A stretch of DNA of 63,821 bases, the filler included, from Acidimicrobiia bacterium (GTDB taxonomy: Bacteria; Actinomycetota; Acidimicrobiia; Spongiisociales; JAENVV01), in the NCBI GenBank assembly GCA_041577335.1. It is 3 parts of 3 records of this genome, joined end to end, with 100 filler letters (N's around TTAATTAATTAA, not from the genome) between each part and the next. Parts side by side here need not be neighbours in the genome. Positions count along the whole stretch, not along the records: positions 26,530 to 52,945 come from JBFGJH010000046.1; 2 more parts are not named here. One strand, given 5' to 3'. A program made the position numbers and the translations under genes. Below, piece after piece: positions 40,735 to 49,684 of the stretch. The stretch's first letter is position 1; each line of letters starts with the position of its first letter. Below the pieces are notes generated by a model. That model did no database searches and was not told the origin of the DNA. It was given only the letters and a program-made list of their open reading frames with translations.

Positions 40735-41391
40735 ATGAAGCTCCGGGTCGTCCCTGTATTTGTTGCTCTGCTGCTCGTCATGGGTGCTTGTGGCACCGGC
40801 GATACCTCGGTGACCACCGACGCCGCCCCGGCGACGGTAGTGACGGCCAACATGGGCGGCGAAACGACCGCCGAGCCGGCGACGAGCGAGACCACTTCTG
40901 CTGCTACCGAATCGACCACTTCTTCGCCCGCATCCACGGAGGCAGCATCCGTCGAGCCGAGTGGCGTCGACGGCCCGGCTGCTCCTGATTTTTCGTTGGC
41001 TCTCGCTGATGGTTCCACCTACCAGCTGTCGGCCGACTCCAAGCCGGTCTATATGGTCTTTTGGGCCGAGTGGTGACCGACATGCAAACGGGAGTTGCCC
41101 GTTATCGAAGCCATCGCCCCGGACTACGTCGATGATGTGACGTTCCTTGCCGTCGCCTGGAAAGGCACGCTGGAAGACACTCGCGACGAGGCGGCCCGCC
41201 TCATCCCTTCCGGAAACGTGAAGTGGGGCCTCGACGCCGATGAAGAGGTCTTCGGCCTGTATGGGGTTCCCTACCAGCCGGTCACCGTCCTGGTCACCCA
41301 TGACAACATCGTCAAAACCTCCTGGCCGGGTGCCCTGTCGGAAGCCGAGATTCGCGCCGAGATCGAGTCGTTGATCGAGACCGCGTCCTAG
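40735..41391 (+). CDS. Selenocysteine-containing TlpA/thioredoxin-like lipoprotein (UxxC)
   Basis: ORFs 40675-41076 and 41095-41391 are in the same frame; reading through TGA 41074-41076 gives APDFSL...VFWAEW-U-PTCKRELP...YGVPYQPVTVLV; lipobox VMGAC. Confidence 0.88.
41074..41103 (+). promoter_or_regulatory. Sec UGA codon and bacterial SECIS-like hairpin
   Basis: TGA, 10 nt, then stem AACGGG/CCCGTT (41087-41103) with loop AGTTG. Confidence 0.7.
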
Positions 41392-41401
41392 GGAGCTTCG
41401 C

Positions 41402-42007
41402 TCAACCGGGCGCTTGAAAGGTCTCTCCTGTGGACGCGGCGCCTGGAACTTCGCCGCGATCGATGGCATCGACGGTGGCGAGAAGGATGGGAAGATCGAC
41501 GCCTCCGCTGATTTTGCCGACGATCGTGCCGTCCCGATCGACGAAGAAGGTCTCCGGGATGCCGAAGAGGCCGAATTCGATGGCGGCCAGGCTGTCAGGG
41601 TCGGACACGTAAGTCGCCTCCTCGGATCGTCCGAACGTGTTGATGAATTCGACAGCGTTGGCGGGTTGGTCTTGATACAGGACCCCCACGAATTCGACGT
41701 CGTCGTTGGCGAACTGATTGGCGGCGGCAGCCAGGGCGGGTTGTTCTTCCTGACATGGGGGACACCAGGACGCGAAAAACGTGATCACCATGATGCTGCC
41801 GCGCTGGTCCGAAAACGAATACACGCGGTCGGAATCGATCTCGGGCAGAGCAAGATCGGCCACCCTCTCGCCGATCAGCGGCGTAGCGACAAGTGCGGGC
41901 TCCGAGTCGCCCAACCTGGTGCCGAACACCACAGCCAGGACGGCGATGAGTGCCACTGCGCCCCATCCCAGCCATTCGAGGCGATTGCGGCCAGGTGCAT
42001 TGGTCAT
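41402..42007 (-). CDS. ccmG: CcmG/DsbE-like thiol:disulfide oxidoreductase
   Basis: TM anchor, FFASWCPPCQEE, FGLFGIPETFFVD; last gene of the ccm operon. Confidence 0.85.
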   Translation of the reverse strand: MTNAPGRNRLEWLGWGAVALIAVLAVVFGTRLGDSEPALVATPLIGERVADLALPEIDSDRVYSFSDQRGSIMVITFFASWCPPCQEEQPALAAAANQFANDDVEFVGVLYQDQPANAVEFINTFGRSEEATYVSDPDSLAAIEFGLFGIPETFFVDRDGTIVGKISGGVDLPILLATVDAIDRGEVPGAASTGETFQAPG

Positions 42008-42759
42008 GGCCCGTCCAGCGCTTCGATGGCCGTTCTCGCCACGTCCCGAACGTCATCGCTCAGGCTGGCATCGTTCACGATGATGAGCCAGGTGGCTTCG
42101 GCGTCCGCAAGGCGGCCGGAATCGGCATAGACCCGGCCGAGAAAGAACCGAGCGTCCACATTGTCGGGAACCAACTCCAGGGCCCGGTGCAGGGTCTGCT
42201 CGGCCAAGTCGCTGTCTCCAGATATGTGAACCAGCCACCCGATCCGGCCGAGCGCTTGGGATGCTTCTGCGGCTGCTGGTTCGTTCTGGAGCACTTCGTC
42301 ATACCAGCGGAACGCCTCCTGTTGGTTTCCCTCGTCGAAGTACCGGCCCGCCAGCGCGAGGCGCATCTGATTGATCTGAGGGTTGCCGAGGTTGGCGGCG
42401 ATGACTTCTGCCATCGTCTCGTTGGAGATCGAGTCCAGATCGACGCCGGTTCCCTCTGCGCCCGATCCGGTGATGAAACCGCCGTCTCGCTCGGTAGCGG
42501 ATTGGATGACCGTCACCGAGATAGCCGCGACCGCGGCCGCCACCAGCACGGTTCCGACGAGTGCCCGTCGCCACGACCGAGCCGAAGCGGGCGGTGGATC
42601 CTCGATCGTCGTCTCGCCGACCAGAGAATCGAGTTCCGCCTGGTAGGTAGCCGTCAATCGGTCGGCTGTCTCCCGGTCGAGCTCGCCGGCGGCGAGCTGT
42701 GACTCCACCTCTTGGAGGTCGAGGCGTGCCTGGGCGAGGCGCTCTGCGTTAGAGCTCAC
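42004..42759 (-). CDS. CcmI/CycH-like TPR membrane protein
   Basis: DLQEVE...AGELD...LTATY N-terminus, TM helix, TPR-like helices (ALELVPDNVDARFFLG). Confidence 0.75.
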   Translation of the reverse strand: MSSNAERLAQARLDLQEVESQLAAGELDRETADRLTATYQAELDSLVGETTIEDPPPASARSWRRALVGTVLVAAAVAAISVTVIQSATERDGGFITGSGAEGTGVDLDSISNETMAEVIAANLGNPQINQMRLALAGRYFDEGNQQEAFRWYDEVLQNEPAAAEASQALGRIGWLVHISGDSDLAEQTLHRALELVPDNVDARFFLGRVYADSGRLADAEATWLIIVNDASLSDDVRDVARTAIEALDGP

Positions 42760-43154
42760 ACGCGCTCACCGTTCCGGCGTCTCGTGCTCAAGGCCAGGTA
42801 AAGCCCGGCTGCTGCCACGGCAAATGGCGCAGCCCACAGCAACACCCGACCGCTGGTTGCCGGCGCGTCGAGTCGAATCGCCGCCGTGTAACGAGCCTCG
42901 AAGAACTCGAGGATCTCATCGTCGGACATGCCTGCGGCAATCTGGTCTTCCACCAATGCCAGCATGTCTCGGGCGTAGGTCGATGGGGAGGCGGCAATGG
43001 AGGTGCCGTCGCATACCGGGCAGGCGATCCGGTTTCCCAAATCGTCGAGGCGCTCCTCGGGCGTCGGCTCGGCCGCGATCACTCCGTAGGCGACGATGGC
43101 GGCCAGGCCAACCGTTATCAGCACACTCGCTATCTTTCGCAGCCGCTCAGGCAC
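42756..43154 (-). CDS. ccmH: Cytochrome c biogenesis protein CcmH
   Basis: RIACPVCDGTSIAAS, GMSDDEILEFFEARY, LLWAAP. Confidence 0.9.
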   Translation of the reverse strand: MPERLRKIASVLITVGLAAIVAYGVIAAEPTPEERLDDLGNRIACPVCDGTSIAASPSTYARDMLALVEDQIAAGMSDDEILEFFEARYTAAIRLDAPATSGRVLLWAAPFAVAAAGLYLALSTRRRNGERV

Positions 43155-45165
43155 TGGCTACCGCCGGCGACTCCTTGTCGCCCTCGGCAGCCCTGCGCAT
43201 GACCACCGACCACAAACCGCCGAATCCGGCCACGAGCCCACCCAGCCAGACCAGCCACTGGAGAGGGAACCACCAGACGTCCATGGTGATGCCTGCCGAA
43301 TTGATGGCGATGAGCGTGAAGTAGAGGTCGCCGGAGGCCCGCGAAACCACCCCCGGCGTCGGTACGGCCGGTCCCTGGCCGGCGAACGTATTGACGCGCG
43401 GGCGGACGATGGCGACCGGATTCCCATGGCGCGTCACTTCGATGGTCGCTCCGGTGATGGAGCGGTTGGCATCTTGGGAGGTGAAGGGGCTCGTGTACGC
43501 GAATTCGTAACCCGATAACGAAGCACTCTCGCCCGGCTCGAGATCGACGGTGGCCGTGGTCGAGAGCCCCGCAGAACCGGCGATACCGATGGCGAGGAGG
43601 GCGATTCCGATATGTGAGATTTGACCGCCCCAGAATCCCGGATCACCACGGATGATGCGAAGTATCGACGGGCCTAGTCGCTCGTGCCGCTTCTCGGAGC
43701 TGCGCCGGGCCAGCCGCAACAGGTGCAGCCCGATAACGCTGATCACAAAGACGGCGGCCACGACACTCAGTAGCGGCCAGGCCGCCCGCAGGCCCCGGAT
43801 CACCAGAAGGGCGCCGACACCCAGCGAAATCTGCAGCGGCAACCGGACGCGCTCCCAGACGATGCGCGGCCGGGCAACGCGGTAGGGCATCACCGGGCCG
43901 AGGCCCATGGCGAGGAGGAGGGCGAACGACAGCGGGACCGCGAACTGGTCGAAAAACGGCCGTCCTACCCCGATCGTGTCACCCGAGAACGCTTCAATCA
44001 GCAACGGGAAGAGGGTTCCGATCAGAACGACGAAGGCAAACACCGTCAAGAGGAGGTTGTTGGCGAGGAACGCCCCTTCCCGGCTCGACAGTGACTCCAA
44101 GCGCGGGCTTTGGGCCACCAGATGGCTGCGCCGCGCGAACAGCCCGAACGACACGACCACGGTGACCAAAAGCATTCCGAGCAGGGCGGGGCCCACGGCG
44201 CTCTGCGTGAACGAATGCACGCTGGCGATGGCCCCCGATCGTGTCAGGAACGTGCCGAGGATGGTCAGCGAGAAAGTCGAGATCACCAGCACGAAATTCC
44301 ACGCCTGCAACATGCCCCGTCGCATCTGCACAAAGCTGGAGTGGATGTAGGCGGTCGCCAGCAGCCAGGGGAGGAACGAGGCGTTCTCGACCGGGTCCCA
44401 CGCCCAATACCCACCCCACCCCAACACTTCATACGACCACCATCCGCCGAGGACGATCCCGACGGTCAAGAACATCCAGGCAGCGAGCGTCCAGCTCTTG
44501 GTGCGTTTTGCCCATTCGATGCCGGGCTGGGCAAGAGCGAGCGCAGACATGGCGAAGGCAAAGGGAACGGTCAATCCGACGTATCCCAAGTAGAGCATTG
44601 GCGGATGGATCGCCATCAAGATGTGGTTTTGCAGGAGGGGGTTGGGGCCGCGCCCTTCAGCAACGGCAGCCGCCTCGGCCCACGGTGCTGGGCTGGAGGC
44701 AAGGCAGTTCGACCCGACTGCCGAGGTACATATTTCGAAGGGATTGGCGATGGTGGCCATCATTCCGAAGAAGAACACCCCAACCAGGCCCATGACGACC
44801 AGGGCACCGGCCCCCAACGAGTCAGGATGGCGGCGCCAGCTGCGGTACACGAGATAGGTGAAGCCGGCGAGAACGAGGCCCCATAGGACGATGCTTCCCT
44901 CGAGCGCCGCCCACGCCGTGGCAACCTTGAACACGAACGGCGTGGTGGTGCGGCTGTGATTGGCGACGTAGGCCAACGAGAAGTCGTCAGTGAGGAGGGC
45001 CAGCTGCAAGACCACCATTGCCATCACAGCTCCGCCGACGTAGAGCTTGATGGGCATGTCGAGGGCAGCCTCACGCCCTCTCGTGGAGCGGTATCCGGCC
45101 AACACCAGCCATCCCGCTCCGACGAGCGCCGCCAGGATGCTGACGCCACCCAGGAAGGCGTTCAT
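43147..45165 (-). CDS. ccmF: Heme lyase CcmF
   Basis: DFSLAYVA, NPLLQN...IHPPMLYLGY, WGGYWAWDPVENASFLPW, FLTRSG, SVHSF. Confidence 0.96.
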   Translation of the reverse strand: MNAFLGGVSILAALVGAGWLVLAGYRSTRGREAALDMPIKLYVGGAVMAMVVLQLALLTDDFSLAYVANHSRTTTPFVFKVATAWAALEGSIVLWGLVLAGFTYLVYRSWRRHPDSLGAGALVVMGLVGVFFFGMMATIANPFEICTSAVGSNCLASSPAPWAEAAAVAEGRGPNPLLQNHILMAIHPPMLYLGYVGLTVPFAFAMSALALAQPGIEWAKRTKSWTLAAWMFLTVGIVLGGWWSYEVLGWGGYWAWDPVENASFLPWLLATAYIHSSFVQMRRGMLQAWNFVLVISTFSLTILGTFLTRSGAIASVHSFTQSAVGPALLGMLLVTVVVSFGLFARRSHLVAQSPRLESLSSREGAFLANNLLLTVFAFVVLIGTLFPLLIEAFSGDTIGVGRPFFDQFAVPLSFALLLAMGLGPVMPYRVARPRIVWERVRLPLQISLGVGALLVIRGLRAAWPLLSVVAAVFVISVIGLHLLRLARRSSEKRHERLGPSILRIIRGDPGFWGGQISHIGIALLAIGIAGSAGLSTTATVDLEPGESASLSGYEFAYTSPFTSQDANRSITGATIEVTRHGNPVAIVRPRVNTFAGQGPAVPTPGVVSRASGDLYFTLIAINSAGITMDVWWFPLQWLVWLGGLVAGFGGLWSVVMRRAAEGDKESPAVASA

Positions 45166-45566
45166 GCCTCGGCCTCTTCGTACCCTTCTGGGGCGCGATA
45201 TTCCTCACTGTGTTGAATGATGAGCTGTTCGGCCCGAAACCGGTCATCTTGCCAATAGCCCTCCGACAGCACCGAGATGTCCTCCTGGAACAGCTGTGGT
45301 GGTGTGGTCGAGGTCACCACGGTGATCTCGTCCTCGCCGTTGGTCACCGTGAAGACAAGCTCCGAGCCGGAGTCGTCGATGGAGCCCGGCACCACGATCC
45401 CGGCGAGCCGGAATCGCTCGCCATCGGGGAACTCCGAGCGTCGCTCCAAGGCTTCGTCGACGAACAGGTAGTAGACCGTGTTGTCGGCCAGCCCGCTGAA
45501 CAGAATGAATGCGATGATGACCGCCATCACGCCAATCGCAGGGATCACGAACCAACGATTGGACAC
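45162..45566 (-). CDS. ccmE: Heme chaperone CcmE
   Basis: TM anchor, VYYL, RLAGIVVPGS, HSEEY (HxxxY). Confidence 0.92.
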   Translation of the reverse strand: MSNRWFVIPAIGVMAVIIAFILFSGLADNTVYYLFVDEALERRSEFPDGERFRLAGIVVPGSIDDSGSELVFTVTNGEDEITVVTSTTPPQLFQEDISVLSEGYWQDDRFRAEQLIIQHSEEYRAPEGYEEAEA

Positions 45567-45567
45567 G

Positions 45568-45684
45568 TCAGTCCTCTGACCGGTGGGCTTTCAGGCGGCG
45601 GTCGCGGCGCACGAGCGTCACGACATAGGCAGCCATGAATCCGTACGCAGCAACAAACGAGAGCCAGACCGCCGTTTCACTCAT
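45568..45684 (-). CDS. ccmD: CcmD-like small membrane protein (38 aa, absent from ORF track)
   Basis: MSETAVWLSFVAAYGFMAAYVVTLVRRDRRLKAHRSED; one TM plus basic tail; overlaps the ccmC end and stops 1 nt before ccmE. Confidence 0.8.
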   Translation of the reverse strand: MSETAVWLSFVAAYGFMAAYVVTLVRRDRRLKAHRSED

Positions 45685-46387
45685 CGCGGCCACCCAACGA
45701 CGGGGCGACCACCGCGTCGCCCGCCAAGTCAGACCCAACCCCGGTATCGGCAGGCACCATCCCCTGGCTTGTCCGCCACGTCACAAACACCAGATAGACC
45801 AAGGTGTATGCGGCCACGTTGATCAGCATGGAAGTGACGATCTCGCCGCTCTCGATCTGCCATCCGTCGGGCCTGACCGACTGGGTTTGATGGAGTGAGC
45901 GAAACAGATTCACCGAGAAGTAGCTGAGTGGGACGGTGAGGAAGCCGAGCACCCCTATCACGGCCGAACGTTTCGCACGTTCCGTCTCATCGGGCATACC
46001 TCGGCGAAGGCCCATATACCCGAGGTAGATGAAGAACATGAGTGCGGTCGAAGCCATGCGGGCGTCGCCCCAATCCCAGGCGATGCCCCAGGTCACCTGC
46101 CCCCAGATCATGCCGGACAGCAATGAGAGGGCGGTGAACAAGACCCCGACTTCGGCGGACGCGGCCGCGAATGCGTCGAACCGTCGCCGGCGGGTGGCTA
46201 GCCAACCGAGGCTCCCCAGAAGCGTTCCGCCGAAGGCCAGGAACGCCACCCACGACGCCGGCACATGAACATTGATGATGCGCACGTACTCACCTTGGAC
46301 TGCATCGGGGGGATGCTGGCCGGAGAGGTAGAGGCCGTAGCCGAGCGCCGCCAGCGCCAGCAAGGACAGTACGTATCGGGTTTTCAT
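45677..46387 (-). CDS. ccmC: Heme exporter/cytochrome c biogenesis protein CcmC
   Basis: QGEYVRIINVHVP, WWD region GMIWGQVTWGIAWDWGDARM, RSLHQ. Confidence 0.93.
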   Translation of the reverse strand: MKTRYVLSLLALAALGYGLYLSGQHPPDAVQGEYVRIINVHVPASWVAFLAFGGTLLGSLGWLATRRRRFDAFAAASAEVGVLFTALSLLSGMIWGQVTWGIAWDWGDARMASTALMFFIYLGYMGLRRGMPDETERAKRSAVIGVLGFLTVPLSYFSVNLFRSLHQTQSVRPDGWQIESGEIVTSMLINVAAYTLVYLVFVTWRTSQGMVPADTGVGSDLAGDAVVAPSLGGRDE

Positions 46388-47052
46388 TGCGTTTCCTCCA
46401 GCGGCCCGGCGGTGAGAACTCCGATCACGGCCAGCCCCAGGACGGTGAATGCGATTATGAGGGCTGGGAGCAGGATACTGTCCCCCCGAGACAACGACTC
46501 CGTGGCTTGAGCGGCAGCGACGAGCAACGGAGCCGCCAGCGGGGCAACCAGCAGCGGCGCGAGCGCGGTCCTGGTGCGAAGCCCACGAGTGAGCTCGGCG
46601 GCGACGGTGCCGACGATGCCGAGGCCGAGCGTGACGGCCATCACGATCGGTAGGAGCAACGGCCAGCTCGTGGGCAAGTTGGCGTCGAACAGCACGACTG
46701 TTGCCGGGGCGAGCACCAGCGCGAACGCCAGCGAGAGAAGGGTGGTGGCGAGCACCCGGCCCGTGAAGCGGGCGGCGGGGTCGATTCCCAGCATCCGCAA
46801 AGCCTCGCGTTGTGGGGTGGTCCCGACCGCCGACCGGCGAAGAGCGATAGTCATGCCGAAAAGCAGAAGGATCACCCAATACATCGGGCCGGCGATCCGC
46901 TGCAACAGGGGGTTGTCGAGCGGCAAGGCCAGGGGGATGAGGAAAAGGGCGATCAGTCCGAACGGAATCGTGATCCACAGCACCTCGCCAGACCGTCCTT
47001 CGACCATGAGATCCTTGCGCATGATCACGCCGGCGGCCCTCCAAAAGGTCAT
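46384..47052 (-). CDS. ccmB: Heme exporter protein CcmB
   Basis: KDLMVEGRS, LAPLLVAPLAAPLL, 6-TM pattern, operon position. Confidence 0.88.
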   Translation of the reverse strand: MTFWRAAGVIMRKDLMVEGRSGEVLWITIPFGLIALFLIPLALPLDNPLLQRIAGPMYWVILLLFGMTIALRRSAVGTTPQREALRMLGIDPAARFTGRVLATTLLSLAFALVLAPATVVLFDANLPTSWPLLLPIVMAVTLGLGIVGTVAAELTRGLRTRTALAPLLVAPLAAPLLVAAAQATESLSRGDSILLPALIIAFTVLGLAVIGVLTAGPLEETQ

Positions 47053-47690
47053 GTGAGGCCACCACGCTCGAGGCGCAACCGCCGGGTGGTCAGGTCGGCG
47101 AGCCGGGACGTATCGTGAGCGACGATGATGGCGGCGCCCCGACGCCCGAGAACATCGGCGACGACGGCGGCGATCAGCTTTTCAGCGGCGCTGTCGAGGC
47201 CGGCGTGGGGCTCGTCGAGGAGCAGCAGTCGAGGCTCTATGAGGAGGAGACGAGCCAGATCGACGCGACGCTGCATTCCCTGGGAGGTTTGGTCGGCCCG
47301 CCGATCAGCCGCGGCACTCAAGCCAACGCCGTCGAGAAGCTCATCCACCCGGCCCGGTCGACGGCCGAGGAGCCGGCCATAGAAAGACAGGTTCTCCCGG
47401 AGAGTCAGCTCCTCGTACAAGGCTGGTTGATGGGCCAGCAACCCGATCTCGGGCCGGACGGACTGGGCGCCGGGCGAGCCGAGATGGGCATCGAACACCG
47501 TCCCGGAGCCGGTATCGAGAGGCAGCAAGGTGGCGCATACCCTCAACAACGTCGACTTGCCTGCACCGTTGGGTCCCTCGATGCCCAGCACCTCGCCCTG
47601 GGCGAGCTCGAGTGACAGATTGCGAAGCACGGTGGTCGAACCGAGACGCACGCCGGCATCCACGAGCGTGAGCAAAAGAGGAATGGACAC
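47049..47690 (-). CDS. ccmA: Heme exporter ATP-binding protein CcmA
   Basis: GPNGAGKSTLL, LYEELTLRENL, SQGMQRR, LLDEPHAGLD; GTG start 6 nt after TACACT. Confidence 0.88.
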   Translation of the reverse strand: MSIPLLLTLVDAGVRLGSTTVLRNLSLELAQGEVLGIEGPNGAGKSTLLRVCATLLPLDTGSGTVFDAHLGSPGAQSVRPEIGLLAHQPALYEELTLRENLSFYGRLLGRRPGRVDELLDGVGLSAAADRRADQTSQGMQRRVDLARLLLIEPRLLLLDEPHAGLDSAAEKLIAAVVADVLGRRGAAIIVAHDTSRLADLTTRRLRLERGGLT

Positions 47691-47738
47691 GGCCAAAGTG
47701 TAGGTCTCATGCTGACCGGCTCCCACCCGGCAGCGCTC

Positions 47739-47798
47739 GTGAACAACCGGTGAATTCGCTCGCCAGGCGTTGGGGTTGGTGCCGGCCGGCAATAGCAT
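47739..47798 (+). promoter_or_regulatory. OmpR-type direct-repeat box plus -10 element of the response regulator
   Basis: GTGAAC-AACCG-GTGAAT-TCGC starting 54 nt before TAGCAT (47793). Confidence 0.65.
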
Positions 47799-47804
47799 GA
47801 CCAG

Positions 47805-48494
47805 ATGCAAGCAAAACGAGTACTGATCGTCGATGACGAGCCCATGGTTCGTGAAGTGGTGACTCGGTATCTCGAACGGGATGGCTTTGGGGTGGGGGAA
47901 GCCGCCACGGGCGACGAGGCGTTGGCCAAGCTCGACTCGTTCCGCCCCGATTTGGTGGTCCTCGACATCATGCTGCCAGGCATCGGAGGCCTCGACATCC
48001 TCTCTTCGATCCGGGCCGAACGCGACCTGCCCGTCATCATGCTCACTGCTCGAGCCGACGAAACCGACCGGGTGATCGGTCTCGAGCTCGGCGCCGACGA
48101 TTACGTCATCAAACCGTTCTCGCCTCGGGAGCTGACGGCGCGAGTGAAGAGCGTGCTGCGTCGAACCGCCGGGACGACCCGTCAACCGGCCGGCCGGCTC
48201 ACCTTTGGCGATCTGATCATCGACCTCGCCAGTCGCGAGGTCACGGTGGACGGTTCTGATGCCCGGCTGACCGTGAAGGAATTCGACGTCTTGGCGTTCT
48301 TGGCCGACTCTCCCCGCCAGGTGTTCTCGCGCTCGCAGCTTCTCCACCACGTGTGGGAATCGTCTCCCGAGTGGCAGGACCCCTCCACCGTGACCGTTCA
48401 CATCCGGCGCATCCGCAACAAGATCGAAGTCGATCCCGAGTCGCCCCGTCATCTGGTGACGGTACGCGGTGTCGGCTACCGGTTCGAGCCATGA
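47805..48494 (+). CDS. OmpR/PhoB family response regulator
   Basis: LIVDDE, VLDIMLP, GADDYVIKPFS, VTVHIRRIRNKIE, TVRGVGYRF. Confidence 0.95.
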   Translation: MQAKRVLIVDDEPMVREVVTRYLERDGFGVGEAATGDEALAKLDSFRPDLVVLDIMLPGIGGLDILSSIRAERDLPVIMLTARADETDRVIGLELGADDYVIKPFSPRELTARVKSVLRRTAGTTRQPAGRLTFGDLIIDLASREVTVDGSDARLTVKEFDVLAFLADSPRQVFSRSQLLHHVWESSPEWQDPSTVTVHIRRIRNKIEVDPESPRHLVTVRGVGYRFEP

Positions 48495-49684
48495 AACTCG
48501 TAGCCCCCCTCATCATCGTCGTCGTCCTCGGACTTCTCATCGTCGAGGCCGCCATGCAGCCAACGTCCAGCGATCGCCTGATGCTCTACACCATCTTCGG
48601 CGGCGTCGCGTTGCTGGCGAGTGCCGTGGCTGGTTGGATGAGCCGCGGCTCTCGGTTCCGCTCACTGCGCACGACGCTGCAGGTCTTGGCGGTGTCTTCG
48701 GTTCTCGTGGCAGCCGTAGCCGTGGCCGTCTCGGCATGGTCGATGGTCATCAATACCCACGATCTGCGCATCGTCCTGATCGCCCTCGGGTTGGGGGTGG
48801 CTCTCGGTGTGACCTTGGCGATCACGGTGACCGGGCGGCTCACCGACGACCTGAATCAGCTGGTGGCCACGGTGCGAGCCGTCGGGGACGGAGATCTGAC
48901 TGTTTCGACAGGCATCGATCGCATCGATGAGGTGGGGGAAACAGCCCGGCAGGTCGACGCCATGATTGTGCGCCTCGCCGAGGCGCGGGCCGTCCGGGAA
49001 AAGGATGAAGCTGCCCGCCGTGAGTTCCTGGCGGCCATCGGTCACGACCTGCGAACGCCGCTCACAGCCATGCGGGTCGCCATCGAAGCGATCGAGGATG
49101 GTCTGGTCGAAGACCCAGATCGCTACCTGAAGTCAATGAAGACGGATATCGACACCTTGGCCGAGCTCATCGATGATCTCGCGGTGTTGACGTCGTTTGA
49201 AGCCGGAGGGGTTCGGCCTTCTGAGCATGTGGACGTTGCCGAGCTCGCAGACGAGACGGTGGAGGCCCTGGCTCCTCTGGCGGCGGCATCCGGGGTGAGC
49301 GTCCGCGTCGGCGGCTCGACTCCGGTTCCGGTTCGGGGCGATCCGGCTGCGCTGGGACGCGTGTTGCGCAACCTGGTGGACAACGCCCTCCGCTATGCCC
49401 CTGACGGATCTGTGGTGGAGGTCTCGGCGACGACCGCCGATGGTTTTGCGCACGTCTCCGTGGCCGATGAAGGGCCAGGGTTCCCGCCTGACCTGGTGTC
49501 GCGTGCCTTCGACCGGTTCGCTACCGACGATCCGTCGCGGCGCCGGGGGAGCGGCACGGGTCTCGGGCTGGCAATTGCCAAGAGCGTTGTCGAGGCCCAT
49601 GGCGGCTCGATCTGGATCGACCGCGACGCACCCGGCGGTTCGGTCTCGTTCCGGATTCCTACTTCCCCACCAGGAGGCGGCTAG
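48491..49684 (+). CDS. Membrane sensor histidine kinase (HAMP-HisKA-HATPase)
   Basis: About 4 TM with short loops, HAMP, GHDLRTPL, NLVDNA, DEGPG, GTGLGLAI. Confidence 0.93.
   Translation: MKLVAPLIIVVVLGLLIVEAAMQPTSSDRLMLYTIFGGVALLASAVAGWMSRGSRFRSLRTTLQVLAVSSVLVAAVAVAVSAWSMVINTHDLRIVLIALGLGVALGVTLAITVTGRLTDDLNQLVATVRAVGDGDLTVSTGIDRIDEVGETARQVDAMIVRLAEARAVREKDEAARREFLAAIGHDLRTPLTAMRVAIEAIEDGLVEDPDRYLKSMKTDIDTLAELIDDLAVLTSFEAGGVRPSEHVDVAELADETVEALAPLAAASGVSVRVGGSTPVPVRGDPAALGRVLRNLVDNALRYAPDGSVVEVSATTADGFAHVSVADEGPGFPPDLVSRAFDRFATDDPSRRRGSGTGLGLAIAKSVVEAHGGSIWIDRDAPGGSVSFRIPTSPPGGG

Noticed and set aside
47691..48452. Long N-terminal extension of CcmA in the ORF track (likewise at 24564-25799, 31017-32273, 45677-47065)
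   Set aside because: Extensions overlap real genes or repeat DNA; recognisable protein starts at the downstream codons given.
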